In this document: positions 10,294 to 20,318 of the stretch, piece after piece | Numbering within the stretch: position 1 is the stretch's first letter | Layout of the letters: each line of letters starts with the position of its first letter | Assembly: GCA_963795855.1 (NCBI GenBank) | Contig: CAWCIZ010000002.1 | Location: 1 to 64,000, forward strand | DNA from: Vulcanimicrobiota bacterium | GTDB lineage: Bacteria > Vulcanimicrobiota > Vulcanimicrobiia > Vulcanimicrobiales > Vulcanimicrobiaceae | Direction of reading: 5' to 3' | DNA length: 64,000 nucleotides | Program-made: the position numbers and the translations under genes | Notes under the pieces: generated by a model | Told to the model about the DNA's origin: nothing | Database searches by the model: none | Seen by the model: the letters and a program-made list of their open reading frames with translations, nothing else

Positions 10294-10850
10294 TGCTGCG
10301 TCCTTTCGACGCGCACTTCATATGCGACGGCCCCATTATGTCCGTCGACCTTTTCTAGTGCCGCCTTCACAAGCGTGGGATTTTTTAGCGCACGCGATTG
10401 CATCAATCCGTGCACGACATCGCCGAGCGCGCCAAGCGTCGCGGCGCCGCCGCGTAACGACAATCCGCCGTTTCCGTCATTCGAGATCTCCGTCAACCAT
10501 GCGTGCCGCGGAAGGCGATTTGCGATGTCCGCGAGCGTCTTTGCGTCGACGTCGCCTGATTCGGCAATGCGCCGTACCTCGCGGTCGAGGTCGATGAGCG
10601 CGCGGACGCGATCGCCATAGAGGTTCCGGCGTTTCAACGCCTGGACGCTCGTATCATATCGCTGTTGAAACGCCGCTTCCGTGCGCACTGCTTCGTTCAA
10701 GCGGCTCGACTCAATCGCCCACACGCCTGCCACGGCTGCGGCGGCGGCGGCAAGTGCCACGAGCGCGTTACCGAAACGCTCCACTGCTCGTCTTCCCGCC
10801 ATTCGGATCGCATCCAGTCCACACGATGAATGCAGATAATCGAACTGCAC
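10290..10850 (-). CDS. pilN: PilN domain protein
   Basis: TM plus coiled coil plus LP..AWLTEI...LSLRGGA; between pilM and pilO. Confidence 0.75.
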   Translation of the reverse strand: MQFDYLHSSCGLDAIRMAGRRAVERFGNALVALAAAAAAVAGVWAIESSRLNEAVRTEAAFQQRYDTSVQALKRRNLYGDRVRALIDLDREVRRIAESGDVDAKTLADIANRLPRHAWLTEISNDGNGGLSLRGGAATLGALGDVVHGLMQSRALKNPTLVKAALEKVDGHNGAVAYEVRVERTQQ

Positions 10851-10851
10851 G

Positions 10852-11814
10852 TCAGCGAGCGTTCCAGAGCGCCAGGCCGGCGGCGAGTGTCCAATCCGGC
10901 GCACCGGAACGTGCGACGTCGTCCGGAAAATACTCGCCGCGCAGCGCATCGCTCACCGGAATTTCGCAAACGACGTTGCTCGCGCACTCGATGTCGCGGC
11001 CCAAACCCGCCAGCCGCGCGGCATTCCCCACCATTGCGACACGGCGAATCGGAGAGCTCGCGCGAGCGCGCTCGATCAGCGCCGCAATGTCGGCAGCCAG
11101 GGCCGCGCGCGCACGGTCGCCCGCGCCCGCGGTGCCGAGAATACGCTTGCGCTTCTCGGCGGTATGGTTGTCGATTGCCAAGTCGCGCTCGATAGCGCGT
11201 GTGATGTCCGCTCCGCCGTTGAAAGCGGCGAACGTCACCGGGCTTCCCTCCCCGGCGACGTGCAAACACGTGCGGTGATACCCAATGTCGATTACGGCGT
11301 CGAATCCATCGAGTACGCGCAACAGCGCGCACGCTTCGTGGTCGATGGCGACGACCTTCAGACGGGCGGCCCGCAAGGTCGCCGTTCGCGTCACGATCGC
11401 CGCCTTGCGCGCCACTCCAATCGCCCAAGAACCGGCGGACGCGTCCACCCGATGAACGCGAACGACCGCCTCTTCCATCGGATAATCGACATGGCGCTGC
11501 GATTCGAACCAGGCAGCGCGGGCGCGTTCGACGGCCGTCATCTTCGGCAGTGCTATCGCGCGCAACAGGGCGTCCGGTTCGCCTATAGCGCAAACGCACC
11601 GGCGCTCGGTCGTGCCGATCTCGGCGACCGCCTCTTCAATCAGCGTAGAGACGTATTCGGCATCGCTTTGCGCATTCGATCCCTGCATTCCGGAGCAGAG
11701 GTCACGGACCGCAACTGCGCGCAGCCGAGCACCCCGCGCCGAGTGCTCCGCTTGAGCGACGCGAATGCGGGTCGCCCCGAAGTCGATGCCCAAAGGCAGC
11801 GTTCCGCGTCTCAT
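10852..11814 (-). CDS. pilM: PilM actin-like pilus assembly protein
   Basis: LGIDFGATRIRV, VIDIG, GGADITRAI, VGNAARLAGL. Confidence 0.85.
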   Translation of the reverse strand: MRRGTLPLGIDFGATRIRVAQAEHSARGARLRAVAVRDLCSGMQGSNAQSDAEYVSTLIEEAVAEIGTTERRCVCAIGEPDALLRAIALPKMTAVERARAAWFESQRHVDYPMEEAVVRVHRVDASAGSWAIGVARKAAIVTRTATLRAARLKVVAIDHEACALLRVLDGFDAVIDIGYHRTCLHVAGEGSPVTFAAFNGGADITRAIERDLAIDNHTAEKRKRILGTAGAGDRARAALAADIAALIERARASSPIRRVAMVGNAARLAGLGRDIECASNVVCEIPVSDALRGEYFPDDVARSGAPDWTLAAGLALWNAR

Positions 11815-12428
11815 ACCGTCGCCCCCGAAAGCAGCGCAGCGGCCATCCCGGCGGCGAGAAAAGGCGCGAAGCGCAGTTCGTCACCGCGCTTACCGCGCTT
11901 GAAAATCACTAGATACGCGCCGCAGACGCCGCCAAGCGCAAATGCGATCGCCAAAGACGCAATGCCGCCTTGTACGCCGGTGCAGCCTCCAATGCAGCAC
12001 GCGAGCTTCACGTCGCCTAAGCCAAGCCCGCGCCCGCGCGTTGCGGCATAGACCGCTGCCAGCGCGCCGCCGGTTGCCGCCGCGCCGCCCGCAAAAGCCG
12101 GCGTGGTGTGCGCGAACGACGTCAGGACGATCATGATCCCAAGACTCGGCATCGTGATCGCGTCGAAAACGTATCCGCATTCGAAGTCGCACGCTGCCGC
12201 TACGACGACTGCGCCGAGCCCGACGCCGAGCAAGGCTTGCGACGCCTGCGCGTGCTGCGTGCCGATGCAGATGCATTCCAACGCGGTTCCGGATATCAGC
12301 AGAGCGAACGGCCGCGCGCCGAAGAGCGAGAGTTCGATCTCGTAATGTCTCGCCGCGCTCAACGCCGCCACCGCGTACGCACAATTCATGGAAACTGCGA
12401 GGCAGCACATCATCGCCGTTTGGCTCAC
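11811..12428 (-). CDS. A24 prepilin peptidase (peptidase domain only)
   Basis: Catalytic Asp motifs ACD and GLGLGDVKL, RFAPFL; no N-terminal tetra-Cys methylase domain. Confidence 0.85.
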   Translation of the reverse strand: MSQTAMMCCLAVSMNCAYAVAALSAARHYEIELSLFGARPFALLISGTALECICIGTQHAQASQALLGVGLGAVVVAAACDFECGYVFDAITMPSLGIMIVLTSFAHTTPAFAGGAAATGGALAAVYAATRGRGLGLGDVKLACCIGGCTGVQGGIASLAIAFALGGVCGAYLVIFKRGKRGDELRFAPFLAAGMAAALLSGATV

Positions 12429-12964
12429 TTCTCATGCTCCGCCAGCGCCGCCAGCGCGGATACGTTTCGCGGGTCTATTCGCAGCGCCGCCTTCCATAAC
12501 AGTCGCGCGGTATTTGCGCTCCCCGAGCGTTCGGCCGCCCATCCGGCGAAAACGTACGAGGTGGCCGAAGCGGACGCGCGAGCCGCTCGCTCGAAATCCG
12601 CCTGCGCCAGTTCGTAGCGCCGCTCGTGCAGATAGCAGAGCGCGCGATCCGAGAGCAATGCAGCATCGCTGCTTCGCACCGACAAGTAGGCATTTGCGAC
12701 GCTGATGCCCGAGGCGAGGGATGCAGGCGTGTGCATTTGGACGCTCAAGAAGACGTACCGATCCGCTGCCGCTTCCAATAGCGGCGCTATCGTTACGGCG
12801 CGCCGATAGTGCTCGAGCGCGCGCAGCGTTTGACCACGGTACAGGCAGTCGTCGCCGCGTATCACCATCGCCTCGGCGATCTGCGTGCGCAGAAGCACTG
12901 CGGCGCAAGCGATCGCAGCGAACGCGACTGCAAAGCGGCGGCAACGCGAGAACTCTGCGTTCAT
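12425..12964 (-). CDS. Membrane-anchored tetratricopeptide repeat protein
   Basis: ALEHYRRAV, AQADFERA, WKAALRIDPRN TPR patterns after an N-terminal hydrophobic segment. Confidence 0.75.
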   Translation of the reverse strand: MNAEFSRCRRFAVAFAAIACAAVLLRTQIAEAMVIRGDDCLYRGQTLRALEHYRRAVTIAPLLEAAADRYVFLSVQMHTPASLASGISVANAYLSVRSSDAALLSDRALCYLHERRYELAQADFERAARASASATSYVFAGWAAERSGSANTARLLWKAALRIDPRNVSALAALAEHEK

Positions 12965-13617
12965 GACAACACCGCGTAATACGCCGCCAGGGAAAGCATG
13001 AGCGCGCCGCTGAGCACGTCGGCGGCGTGACGCAAGGCTCGGCGTTCGAAGAGACCGCTAAGCGCGTCGGCGCCAAACGTCGCGGCAACGAGGGGCAGCG
13101 CGTGCCCAAGCCCAAAACATGCGAGCACGACGGCAGCATACGGGACGCTGCCGCCGGCTGCGGCGTACGCGGCGATCGCAACGACGATCGGCGTACAGCA
13201 CGGCGAAACCACCAGAGCGAACGACGAGCCCAGGACAAAGGCCGACCCCGCGTGGGCATCAACATGCTTGACGTGTCTGCAAGAATCGGGTTCGCGCCAC
13301 AAGGCAATGCAGCCGGCTACGCCCATCGACATCGCGACGACGGCGTATATCCAAGCCGAATAGTCCGCGACGGTGCGCAGCAGATTCGTCATTGCGGCAA
13401 ATGACGCGTAGACGAGAACCAAGCCCGCGATGAACGCGACCCCGAGTTGCCAAGTACGCCGCCGATCTTTGCCCGCCGAAAGGCCGGCTATCGCGAGCAA
13501 CCGCGGCGCCGTGCACGGTCCTAAGCTCGAAACCGCTCCTGCGCAGAACGCGATTGGGGCAGCATAGGCATTCGGTGCCCGCATTGCGGCGAGCGCAAAC
13601 GCTAAGGGATCGAGCAC
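12961..13617 (-). CDS. ccdA: CcdA/DsbD-type transmembrane thiol-disulfide transporter
   Basis: SSLGPC and VSPCCTP catalytic Cys motifs, FGLGHALPL, about 6 TM. Confidence 0.82.
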   Translation of the reverse strand: MLDPLAFALAAMRAPNAYAAPIAFCAGAVSSLGPCTAPRLLAIAGLSAGKDRRRTWQLGVAFIAGLVLVYASFAAMTNLLRTVADYSAWIYAVVAMSMGVAGCIALWREPDSCRHVKHVDAHAGSAFVLGSSFALVVSPCCTPIVVAIAAYAAAGGSVPYAAVVLACFGLGHALPLVAATFGADALSGLFERRALRHAADVLSGALMLSLAAYYAVLS

Positions 13618-13618
13618 G

Positions 13619-14110
13619 CTACTTCCCGGCTCCCGATGACGTCGTCACGCCCTTCGTACTGTCATACTTGAGCGTCGTATCGGTCGGACTAGCGGCGACC
13701 GACGTCAGCGTCGAGGCATCATGCGCGCCCGGGCACCAGATCGCGTAAGAATCGACCCCGCCCGCGGTGGAGGACGTAAACGTGTAGTATCTGCCCGCTC
13801 CGGCGGCCGGATCTTCCGGCGGCTGTCCCAAATAGCCCGCCAAAATTCCGCCGCTGCCGGTTGCAGTGGCGTCGATGGCCGTGTTGGTGCCGGCCGGATA
13901 CGATTGTTTATCGGTGTAGTAGAGTTCGAACGCTGTGGCGATCGTCTTCAAATTACCCATGCACGCCGAGGTAGCGGCCTGCGCACGCGCGTGGGTAAAA
14001 TTCGGTATGAGTATTGCAGCCAGTATTGCGATGATCGCAACGACCACCATCATTTCAAGCAGCGTAAAACCGCGCTGATGCTCGATCTTGTTTTCGACGC
14101 CACTGCTCAT
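13619..14110 (-). CDS. Type IV pilin
   Basis: Class III signal QRG|FTLLEMMVVVAIIAIL; two Cys. Confidence 0.9.
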   Translation of the reverse strand: MSSGVENKIEHQRGFTLLEMMVVVAIIAILAAILIPNFTHARAQAATSACMGNLKTIATAFELYYTDKQSYPAGTNTAIDATATGSGGILAGYLGQPPEDPAAGAGRYYTFTSSTAGGVDSYAIWCPGAHDASTLTSVAASPTDTTLKYDSTKGVTTSSGAGK

Positions 14111-14838
14111 ACGTCGGCGAGTGCCCCGCTGCGCGATCTTTGAGACCACGCCGGCTGCATTTTTTGCAGCGCGGAGCGATGCAATCGGGAGATGTGACGG
14201 CGCGAATAACCGAGCCGCGCCGAAAGCTCCATTTGGCTGTATCCGCGCAAATACAACGCGGCAATGATCGTACGCTCGATCTGCGTAAGGCGCGCGAGCG
14301 CCGCTTCCGCCACGAGGCGATCCTCGCGACCCTCCACGGTGATGCTGCACGAGCGCAACTCGTGCGGCTCGAGCGCGTCCAGCGATTCCGGCACCGCCTG
14401 CGCGCGATACAGCACCAGATCTTCTATTTGCCGCAGCGTGAGTTCCAAGCGCTCCGCGACCTCGTACATCGACGGCTCGCGATGCAGCTCGCGCACCAAT
14501 TGCTCGTGCATTTCTTGATAGCGGCGCTCCAAATCCCGCAGGCGGCGCGGCGCGCGCACGAGCCGTTCGTGATCCCGCACGTAATGCATGAGCTCGCCGA
14601 CGACGAACAGCCATGCAAACGCCTCGAATGGGGTGCGCAGATCGGCGTCATACCGGTTGCAAGCCTTCAGCAGCCCGATCGCGGCTATCTGCTCCAAATC
14701 GGCTCGATCTCCGCCCCGCCGGCAAAATTTTCGCGCGCCCCGCGAGCATAAGTATTGATACTGCGCGAACAGCCGGTCGCGGTTTTCTTGCGTCCGTTCG
14801 TTCAGCCAAAGTTCGAGAGCATCGTCGTATGCGATCAT
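14107..14838 (-). CDS. SigB/SigF/SigG-type sigma-70 factor
   Basis: Region 2 DLEQIAAIGLLKA..RYD...FA...VVGELMHYVRD; region 4 SQMELSARLGYSRRHISRL. Confidence 0.9.
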   Translation of the reverse strand: MIAYDDALELWLNERTQENRDRLFAQYQYLCSRGARKFCRRGGDRADLEQIAAIGLLKACNRYDADLRTPFEAFAWLFVVGELMHYVRDHERLVRAPRRLRDLERRYQEMHEQLVRELHREPSMYEVAERLELTLRQIEDLVLYRAQAVPESLDALEPHELRSCSITVEGREDRLVAEAALARLTQIERTIIAALYLRGYSQMELSARLGYSRRHISRLHRSALQKMQPAWSQRSRSGALADV

Positions 14839-16055
14839 TTGATGTTTCCAATCAGCGTGTAGAGTGGAATGAATACGGCGGACACGATGAATCCGACGGC
14901 GCCGCCGAGTCCCAAGATCAGCAGAGGCTCCAAAGCCGAGCCGAGCGCGCCGAGCATCGTCTCCACCTCCAGTTCGTAATAGTCGGCCGCACGCAGCAGC
15001 ATGACGTCGAGCGAGCCCGTCTCTTCGCCGACGCGCACCATTTGCAGAAAGAGCGCGTCGTACAATCCCGTGCTCGAAAGCGGATCGGAAATGAGCGATC
15101 CGGCTTTGAGCGCTGCCCGCAGTTCCGCGAGGCTCTCACGGTAGCGCGTACTGCCGGCCAAATCAGACACGACGTTCAAAGCAGGCACCAGGGCGACGCC
15201 CGAGCGCAAAAGCGTTCCGAGCATACGCGCGAGGCGCGCCATCATTGCTTTGCGCGCGATCGCGCCGGAAAGAGGAATAGACCAAAGCGCCTTCTCGATT
15301 GCGGCGCTTCCGCGAGGGGTTTGGCGAAGTCGCGCGATCGCGCCGATTCCGAGGACGCACGCGACCATACCGGCCGCCCACAATTGCGGCAATCGTAAGG
15401 CCAGTCCCACGGAAATGAGCAACGACGTCACCGCAGGCAGCGGCACGTGCAACTGCTCGTACATCGAGCGAAACATGGGCACGATGGTGACTACGAGGAA
15501 CAGAACCAGCGCGATGGCCGTGAAGGCAACGACGGCCGGATAGGTGAGCGAAGCGGCAAGGCGTTTACGAGCGGCGTATTCGCGCTCGAGTACCGATGCG
15601 ATGCGTTCGAGCACTTCATCGATCACGCCGCCGAGTTCTCCGGCCTTCACCATGGCGACGAACAGTCCGGGAAACTCGCGAGGGCGATTGGCGAACGCGT
15701 CGCTCAGTGCGGCCCCGTTTTCGATATCCGAAACGACGGAACGCAGGGCTTCGCACAGCCGCGAGTCCGCGCATTCGCGAACCGTGACCTCGAGCGCGCG
15801 CCTCATTGGTACGCCGGCGCGCACGAGGGTCGAGAGCGATCGAAAAAAACTGACGAGCGACTTGCGAGAGACACCGCCCCAATGCACGACAGAAGCGAGG
15901 GTTCCGCGCGCCGTGGCACCGCTTTCGAGCGACGTAATGAACAATTCCCGGCTTCGGAGGCCGGATAGCGCTGCCGACCGCGTGCTCGCTTGCACGGTGC
16001 CGCGAATGAACGCGCCGCGAGCATCGCGTGCGGTGTAGTAATAGAGCGCGGACAT
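14835..16055 (-). CDS. pilC: PilC / T2SS F platform protein
   Basis: VKAGELGG, LTYP, LLRSGV, VGEETGSLD, LEP, FIPLY. Confidence 0.93.
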   Translation of the reverse strand: MSALYYYTARDARGAFIRGTVQASTRSAALSGLRSRELFITSLESGATARGTLASVVHWGGVSRKSLVSFFRSLSTLVRAGVPMRRALEVTVRECADSRLCEALRSVVSDIENGAALSDAFANRPREFPGLFVAMVKAGELGGVIDEVLERIASVLEREYAARKRLAASLTYPAVVAFTAIALVLFLVVTIVPMFRSMYEQLHVPLPAVTSLLISVGLALRLPQLWAAGMVACVLGIGAIARLRQTPRGSAAIEKALWSIPLSGAIARKAMMARLARMLGTLLRSGVALVPALNVVSDLAGSTRYRESLAELRAALKAGSLISDPLSSTGLYDALFLQMVRVGEETGSLDVMLLRAADYYELEVETMLGALGSALEPLLILGLGGAVGFIVSAVFIPLYTLIGNIK

Positions 16056-16059
16056 TGCT

Positions 16060-17142
16060 TTAGGCAGCCGCTCCTGCGTCAACGCGCACTTCGTCCGGCC
16101 GATCCGTCGCAAGCCGCGCGGCACTAGGCGAGATTTCTTTTCCCGCGACCAGACGTGAGAGATCGGCTTCGAGTGTCTGCATCCCGGCGTGCCGGCTCGT
16201 AGCGAGGACGTTTCGCAACTGATGCGTGCGCCCACCGCGAATAATGCTGCGTACCGCGTCGTTTGCAACCAGCACTTCAGCCGCGCAACGGCGTCCCGCA
16301 CCGGACGCGCGCGGGACCAAGCGCAAACAAACGACCCCCGCGATCGCCTGAGCCGCGCGACTACGCGCGTGTTCTTCGCGGCTGCCGTCCAATGCCGCCA
16401 GAACGCGGTCGATAGTCTGCGGCACGTCACCGGTGTGCAGCGTCGAGAAGACGAGATGCCCGGTTTCGGCAGCCGTCAATGCGGCTTGCATCGTCTGAGC
16501 GTCGCGCATTTCTCCGACGAGTATGACATCCGGATCGCTGCGCAACGCACCGCGAACCGCTTCGTCGAAGCTCGTCACATCGCGCCCGAGTTCGCGCTGA
16601 TCGATGAGCGACCGATCCGGCAGGTGTTCGTATTCGATGGGATCCTCGATCGTGATCACGTGCCGGGTTTGCGTTCGATTAATCCGGTCGATCAGCGCCG
16701 CCAGCGCGGTCGACTTGCCGCTGCCGGTCGGCCCGGAGAAAATTACCAACCCGTGCGGCTTTTCCGCGAACTCCGCGACGGCGGCCGGAAGTCCGAGGCT
16801 GTCGCACGTCGGGATTGTCGAGGCCAGAAAGCGAATCGCCAAACATGGGCCGCTAGCTGTCCTGTACGCGTGAACCCGGACGGCGCCCACACCTTCGAAT
16901 CTGCGCGCGACCGACGCATCGCCCGTTTCTGCGAGCTGCATCTGCGCGCCGCTATCCAGAACGGACTCAATCAGTGCCTGCAGTTCTTCCTCGCCGGTTA
17001 GGAGCGTCTGCTGAGGTTGCAGCGCGCCGTCGATTCGAAGCACCGGCGCACTGCCCGCGCGCAAATGCACGTCGGAGGCATTCCGCATCCGGCCGACGCG
17101 CAGTATCTCATCGAGCCGAACCGTTGCGAGCGCGCACGTCAT
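16060..17142 (-). CDS. pilT: PilT retraction ATPase
   Basis: ASDVHL, GPTGSGKST, TIEDPIE, LRSDPDVILVGEMRD, AAETGHLVFSTLHT, GMQTLE. Confidence 0.93.
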   Translation of the reverse strand: MTCALATVRLDEILRVGRMRNASDVHLRAGSAPVLRIDGALQPQQTLLTGEEELQALIESVLDSGAQMQLAETGDASVARRFEGVGAVRVHAYRTASGPCLAIRFLASTIPTCDSLGLPAAVAEFAEKPHGLVIFSGPTGSGKSTALAALIDRINRTQTRHVITIEDPIEYEHLPDRSLIDQRELGRDVTSFDEAVRGALRSDPDVILVGEMRDAQTMQAALTAAETGHLVFSTLHTGDVPQTIDRVLAALDGSREEHARSRAAQAIAGVVCLRLVPRASGAGRRCAAEVLVANDAVRSIIRGGRTHQLRNVLATSRHAGMQTLEADLSRLVAGKEISPSAARLATDRPDEVRVDAGAAA

Positions 17143-18591
17143 GCCGCTTCTTCCACAACCAGCACGCGGCGAAGTTCGTCCAAACTCGTTTCGCCGTGCA
17201 GCACGTGGCGTACGCCCTGACTTACCATCGGCTCATACCCGCACTCACGGGCGGCATCCGCCAGCGCCACGCTCGACCCACCGGCCGCGACGATTCGCCG
17301 CAGAGCGTCGTTGAACACCAGCAGTTCGAAAATTGCGATCCGTCCCGCATAGCCGCCTCCATTGCAGCGCGCGCACCCGGTCGCACGATACAGTGACGTG
17401 CGCGCGGGGATTCCAAAGTCGCGCGCCGGTTCGGCGTTGACGGCATACGCCGTCCGGCAGTGCCGGCAGAGACGGCGAACCAATCGCTGCGCAACCACAG
17501 CGGAAAGACCGGCAGAGAGCGTCTGTCGCGACACGCCCAATTCGACAAGCCGGTCGATGGCTTTCGGAGCGTCGTTGCTGTGCAGTGAAGTAAGCACGAG
17601 CTGGCCGCTCAGCGATGCGGACGCCGCAACGGCCGCAGTCTCCTCGTCGCGCATTTCGCCGACCATGATGACGTTCGGATCTTGCCGTAAGAACGCGCGG
17701 ACCGCGGAAGCGAACGTGACGCCGGCCTTCGCGTTTACCTGCACCTGCGCCATTCCGGGCAGCCGAACCTCGACCGGATCTTCGATGCTGCACAAACTTT
17801 GCGAGTCGACGTTGCGCTCGGCCATGCTTGCGTACAGCGTCGTCGTTTTTCCGCTGCCCGTGGGTCCGCACGCGACGACGAAACCATGCGGAGCATGAAT
17901 GACGCGTCGAAATGCGGCTATGCTGATTTCGGGCATTCCGAGCATCTCGAGCGTCGGAACCTGCGCGTGATGATTCAGCAAACGCACGACGAGTTTTTCA
18001 CCGAATATCGTCGGCATGGAGTCTGACGCGGGCGTCCACCGATCCCTGCCCGCCGCGCTCGATGACGTACCGTCCGTCTTGCGGCTGCCGCTTGTCCGCG
18101 ATGTCCATTCCCGCGAGCAACTTCATGCGTGATGCGACGCGCCCGTACAGCTCGGGCGGCAGAGCGCACAAATCGCGGAGCGTCCCATCCACCCGCTGGC
18201 GTACGCGTCCGGCGCCGTCGACGCCGGGCTCGATGTGAATGTCCGACGCACCGTGTTCGATCGCGGCATCGTGGATATCGTCCACCGCGCGAACTGCCGG
18301 CGCATCATCGCCGGCCTCCTGCGCGTAGAGCGATGACAGCTCGGCACGGATTGCTTCCCGCGGCGCGCGATACGCGCGCACGTGCATTCCCGTCACAAGT
18401 CGCACCCGGTCGATAACGTCGCGGTCGTCCGCGTCCGGAAGCGCGATCGTGAGTTGGTTCCCTTCGGCCGACAGCGACAGCACGTCGTGGCGCAGGGCAA
18501 GCACACGCGGAATTCTCCGCAGTGCATCCGCGTCGGGCACCACCGACGCCACATCGACCGAATCAACGGTTCCGTAATCGGTTGCAGTCAC
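17139..18591 (-). CDS. pilB: PilB/GspE extension ATPase, frameshifted near 18020
   Basis: ASDIHIEP, MDIADKRQPQDGR in 17998..18591; GPTGSGKTT, LRQDPNVIMVGEMRD, tetra-Cys in 17139..18017. Confidence 0.9.
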
Positions 18592-18807
18592 ACCCGCTCC
18601 CCTACCGGTTTTTACGACGACAACCCGCCGAATCGTAAATCCGGCGGTAATAGCAATTTTTTACCACATCATGTCAACACTTTGGACACGCGGCGGACAC
18701 ATTGGGAGCTTAATGTCCGCGTTTTGGTGAATGCGGGCACATTGTAGGGCCTGAACGCCGCTTCATAGCCTGCGTTGACGGGCGGCGCCCCGGGGAATAC
18801 AGGGGAG

Positions 18808-19698
18808 ATGAGAAAAGCGACCGTTATCTGCCGCCTGAGTTCGCGTCACGGATTGGCATACTACCAGCGTCTGCAGCGAGAACTTCCCGCACGCGGGGTC
18901 GACATCGTGGAAACGCACATGGTTCGGCGGCGGAAAGCACTGAAAAAACGCATTCGGCAAGCGGTAAAATCGGGTGCCGAACTCATCATCGTCATCGGCG
19001 GCGACGGTACCCAGACGGCCGCCGTGGCCGAGTTGGCGCACCGAGAGTGCGCGTTGGCGGTCGTTCCTGCGGGCACGGGGAACAGTTTCGCGTTCAGTCT
19101 CGGCATCAAAGACGATCTCGACGCGGCAATCGAAACCATCGCCGCCGGCAAAGAGATTCGAGTCGACGTCGGCATCGTGAACGGGACGTACTTCGCAAAT
19201 TTCGCGACGATCGGTCTCATCGCGGATGCGGCCAACCGAACGCCTCGCGGACTCAAGCGTGTCATGGGCCCCATCGCTTACGGCATCGCCGCGATTCAGT
19301 CGTTCATGCATGACAAGCCGTTCGAGTTACGCGTGAAGTGGAAAAAAGAACGTTTGAAGATCGTGACCCATCAAGCGATCGTCGCAAGCGGCAGGTACTT
19401 CGGCTGGCAGCCCGTTACGCCGGATGCGACGCTGCGCAGCGGCGACCTCGCATTCTTCGCAGCCGCGGGCGAGAAAGCGCAAGACGTCATCACGACCAAC
19501 GCGGCGCTGCTTCTCGGCGATCACACCAATCTCGAGCGCGCGCATTACTTTTCGGCGCCGAAAGTTACGATCAAAACCAAACCGAAACAGCCGCTGAACA
19601 TCGACGGCCACGCGCTCGGAATGACCCCGGCGAAGTTTCGAATCGCCCCGAAGGCGCTGCGGGTGCTCGTGCCGCAAGACTTTCATCCGAAATCGTGA
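18808..19698 (+). CDS. YegS/DAGK family lipid kinase
   Basis: IGGDGT, PAGTGNSFA, NIDG. Confidence 0.9.
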   Translation: MRKATVICRLSSRHGLAYYQRLQRELPARGVDIVETHMVRRRKALKKRIRQAVKSGAELIIVIGGDGTQTAAVAELAHRECALAVVPAGTGNSFAFSLGIKDDLDAAIETIAAGKEIRVDVGIVNGTYFANFATIGLIADAANRTPRGLKRVMGPIAYGIAAIQSFMHDKPFELRVKWKKERLKIVTHQAIVASGRYFGWQPVTPDATLRSGDLAFFAAAGEKAQDVITTNAALLLGDHTNLERAHYFSAPKVTIKTKPKQPLNIDGHALGMTPAKFRIAPKALRVLVPQDFHPKS

Positions 19699-20309
19699 GT
19701 GCGGATCTCCGGTTCGCAGCGGCGGCGGTCGCCCTCTTCGCGCTTTTTGGCGCTTTAGGCGCCGCCGTTTCCAAACGCCCCCTCTCACGCGCAGACGCGG
19801 GCGCGGTGTATTTTCGCGGGCAGATCACGCGGACCGCGCTCGTGTTCACGATCTCCGGGCGCGCGCGCGCGATGACGGCAGCCTGTATCGCCGCTATCGC
19901 GGCGTTCGCGCTGCTGCATCGGTCTATCGCGATTCCGGTGGTGATGGCCGGCTCGCAACTCTTTTCGCAAATCGTGGTGGAGTGGACGAAGGCCCTGTTC
20001 AAACGCGTTCGCCCCGATTACTGGCTGGTAGGTCTGGATGCGGGGCACTCCTACCCGAGCGGCCACGCAACGACAGCAATGGTGTTTTTCGTCGGCTGGG
20101 CCGTCATATTAGCCATGGGCACGCTTCCTCTCGAGATCAAATATGCCGGTGCCGCGGTGCTCGTCTTGTGGGCCGCGGCCATCTGCTGGTCGAGGCTTGC
20201 GCTCGGCGCGCATTATCTGAGCGACGTGTGCGGCGGCGTGCTCTTCGGCGCAGTCTGGTTGTGCGCGCTGAGCGCGCTTTCAGACCATTTTCATGTCGCT
20301 CTGAGATAA
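19695..20309 (+). CDS. PAP2 family phosphatase
   Basis: KxxxxRxRP, SYPSGH, SRxxLGAHYLSDV. Confidence 0.92.
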   Translation: MSADLRFAAAAVALFALFGALGAAVSKRPLSRADAGAVYFRGQITRTALVFTISGRARAMTAACIAAIAAFALLHRSIAIPVVMAGSQLFSQIVVEWTKALFKRVRPDYWLVGLDAGHSYPSGHATTAMVFFVGWAVILAMGTLPLEIKYAGAAVLVLWAAAICWSRLALGAHYLSDVCGGVLFGAVWLCALSALSDHFHVALR

Positions 20310-20318
20310 GCCGGGTAA

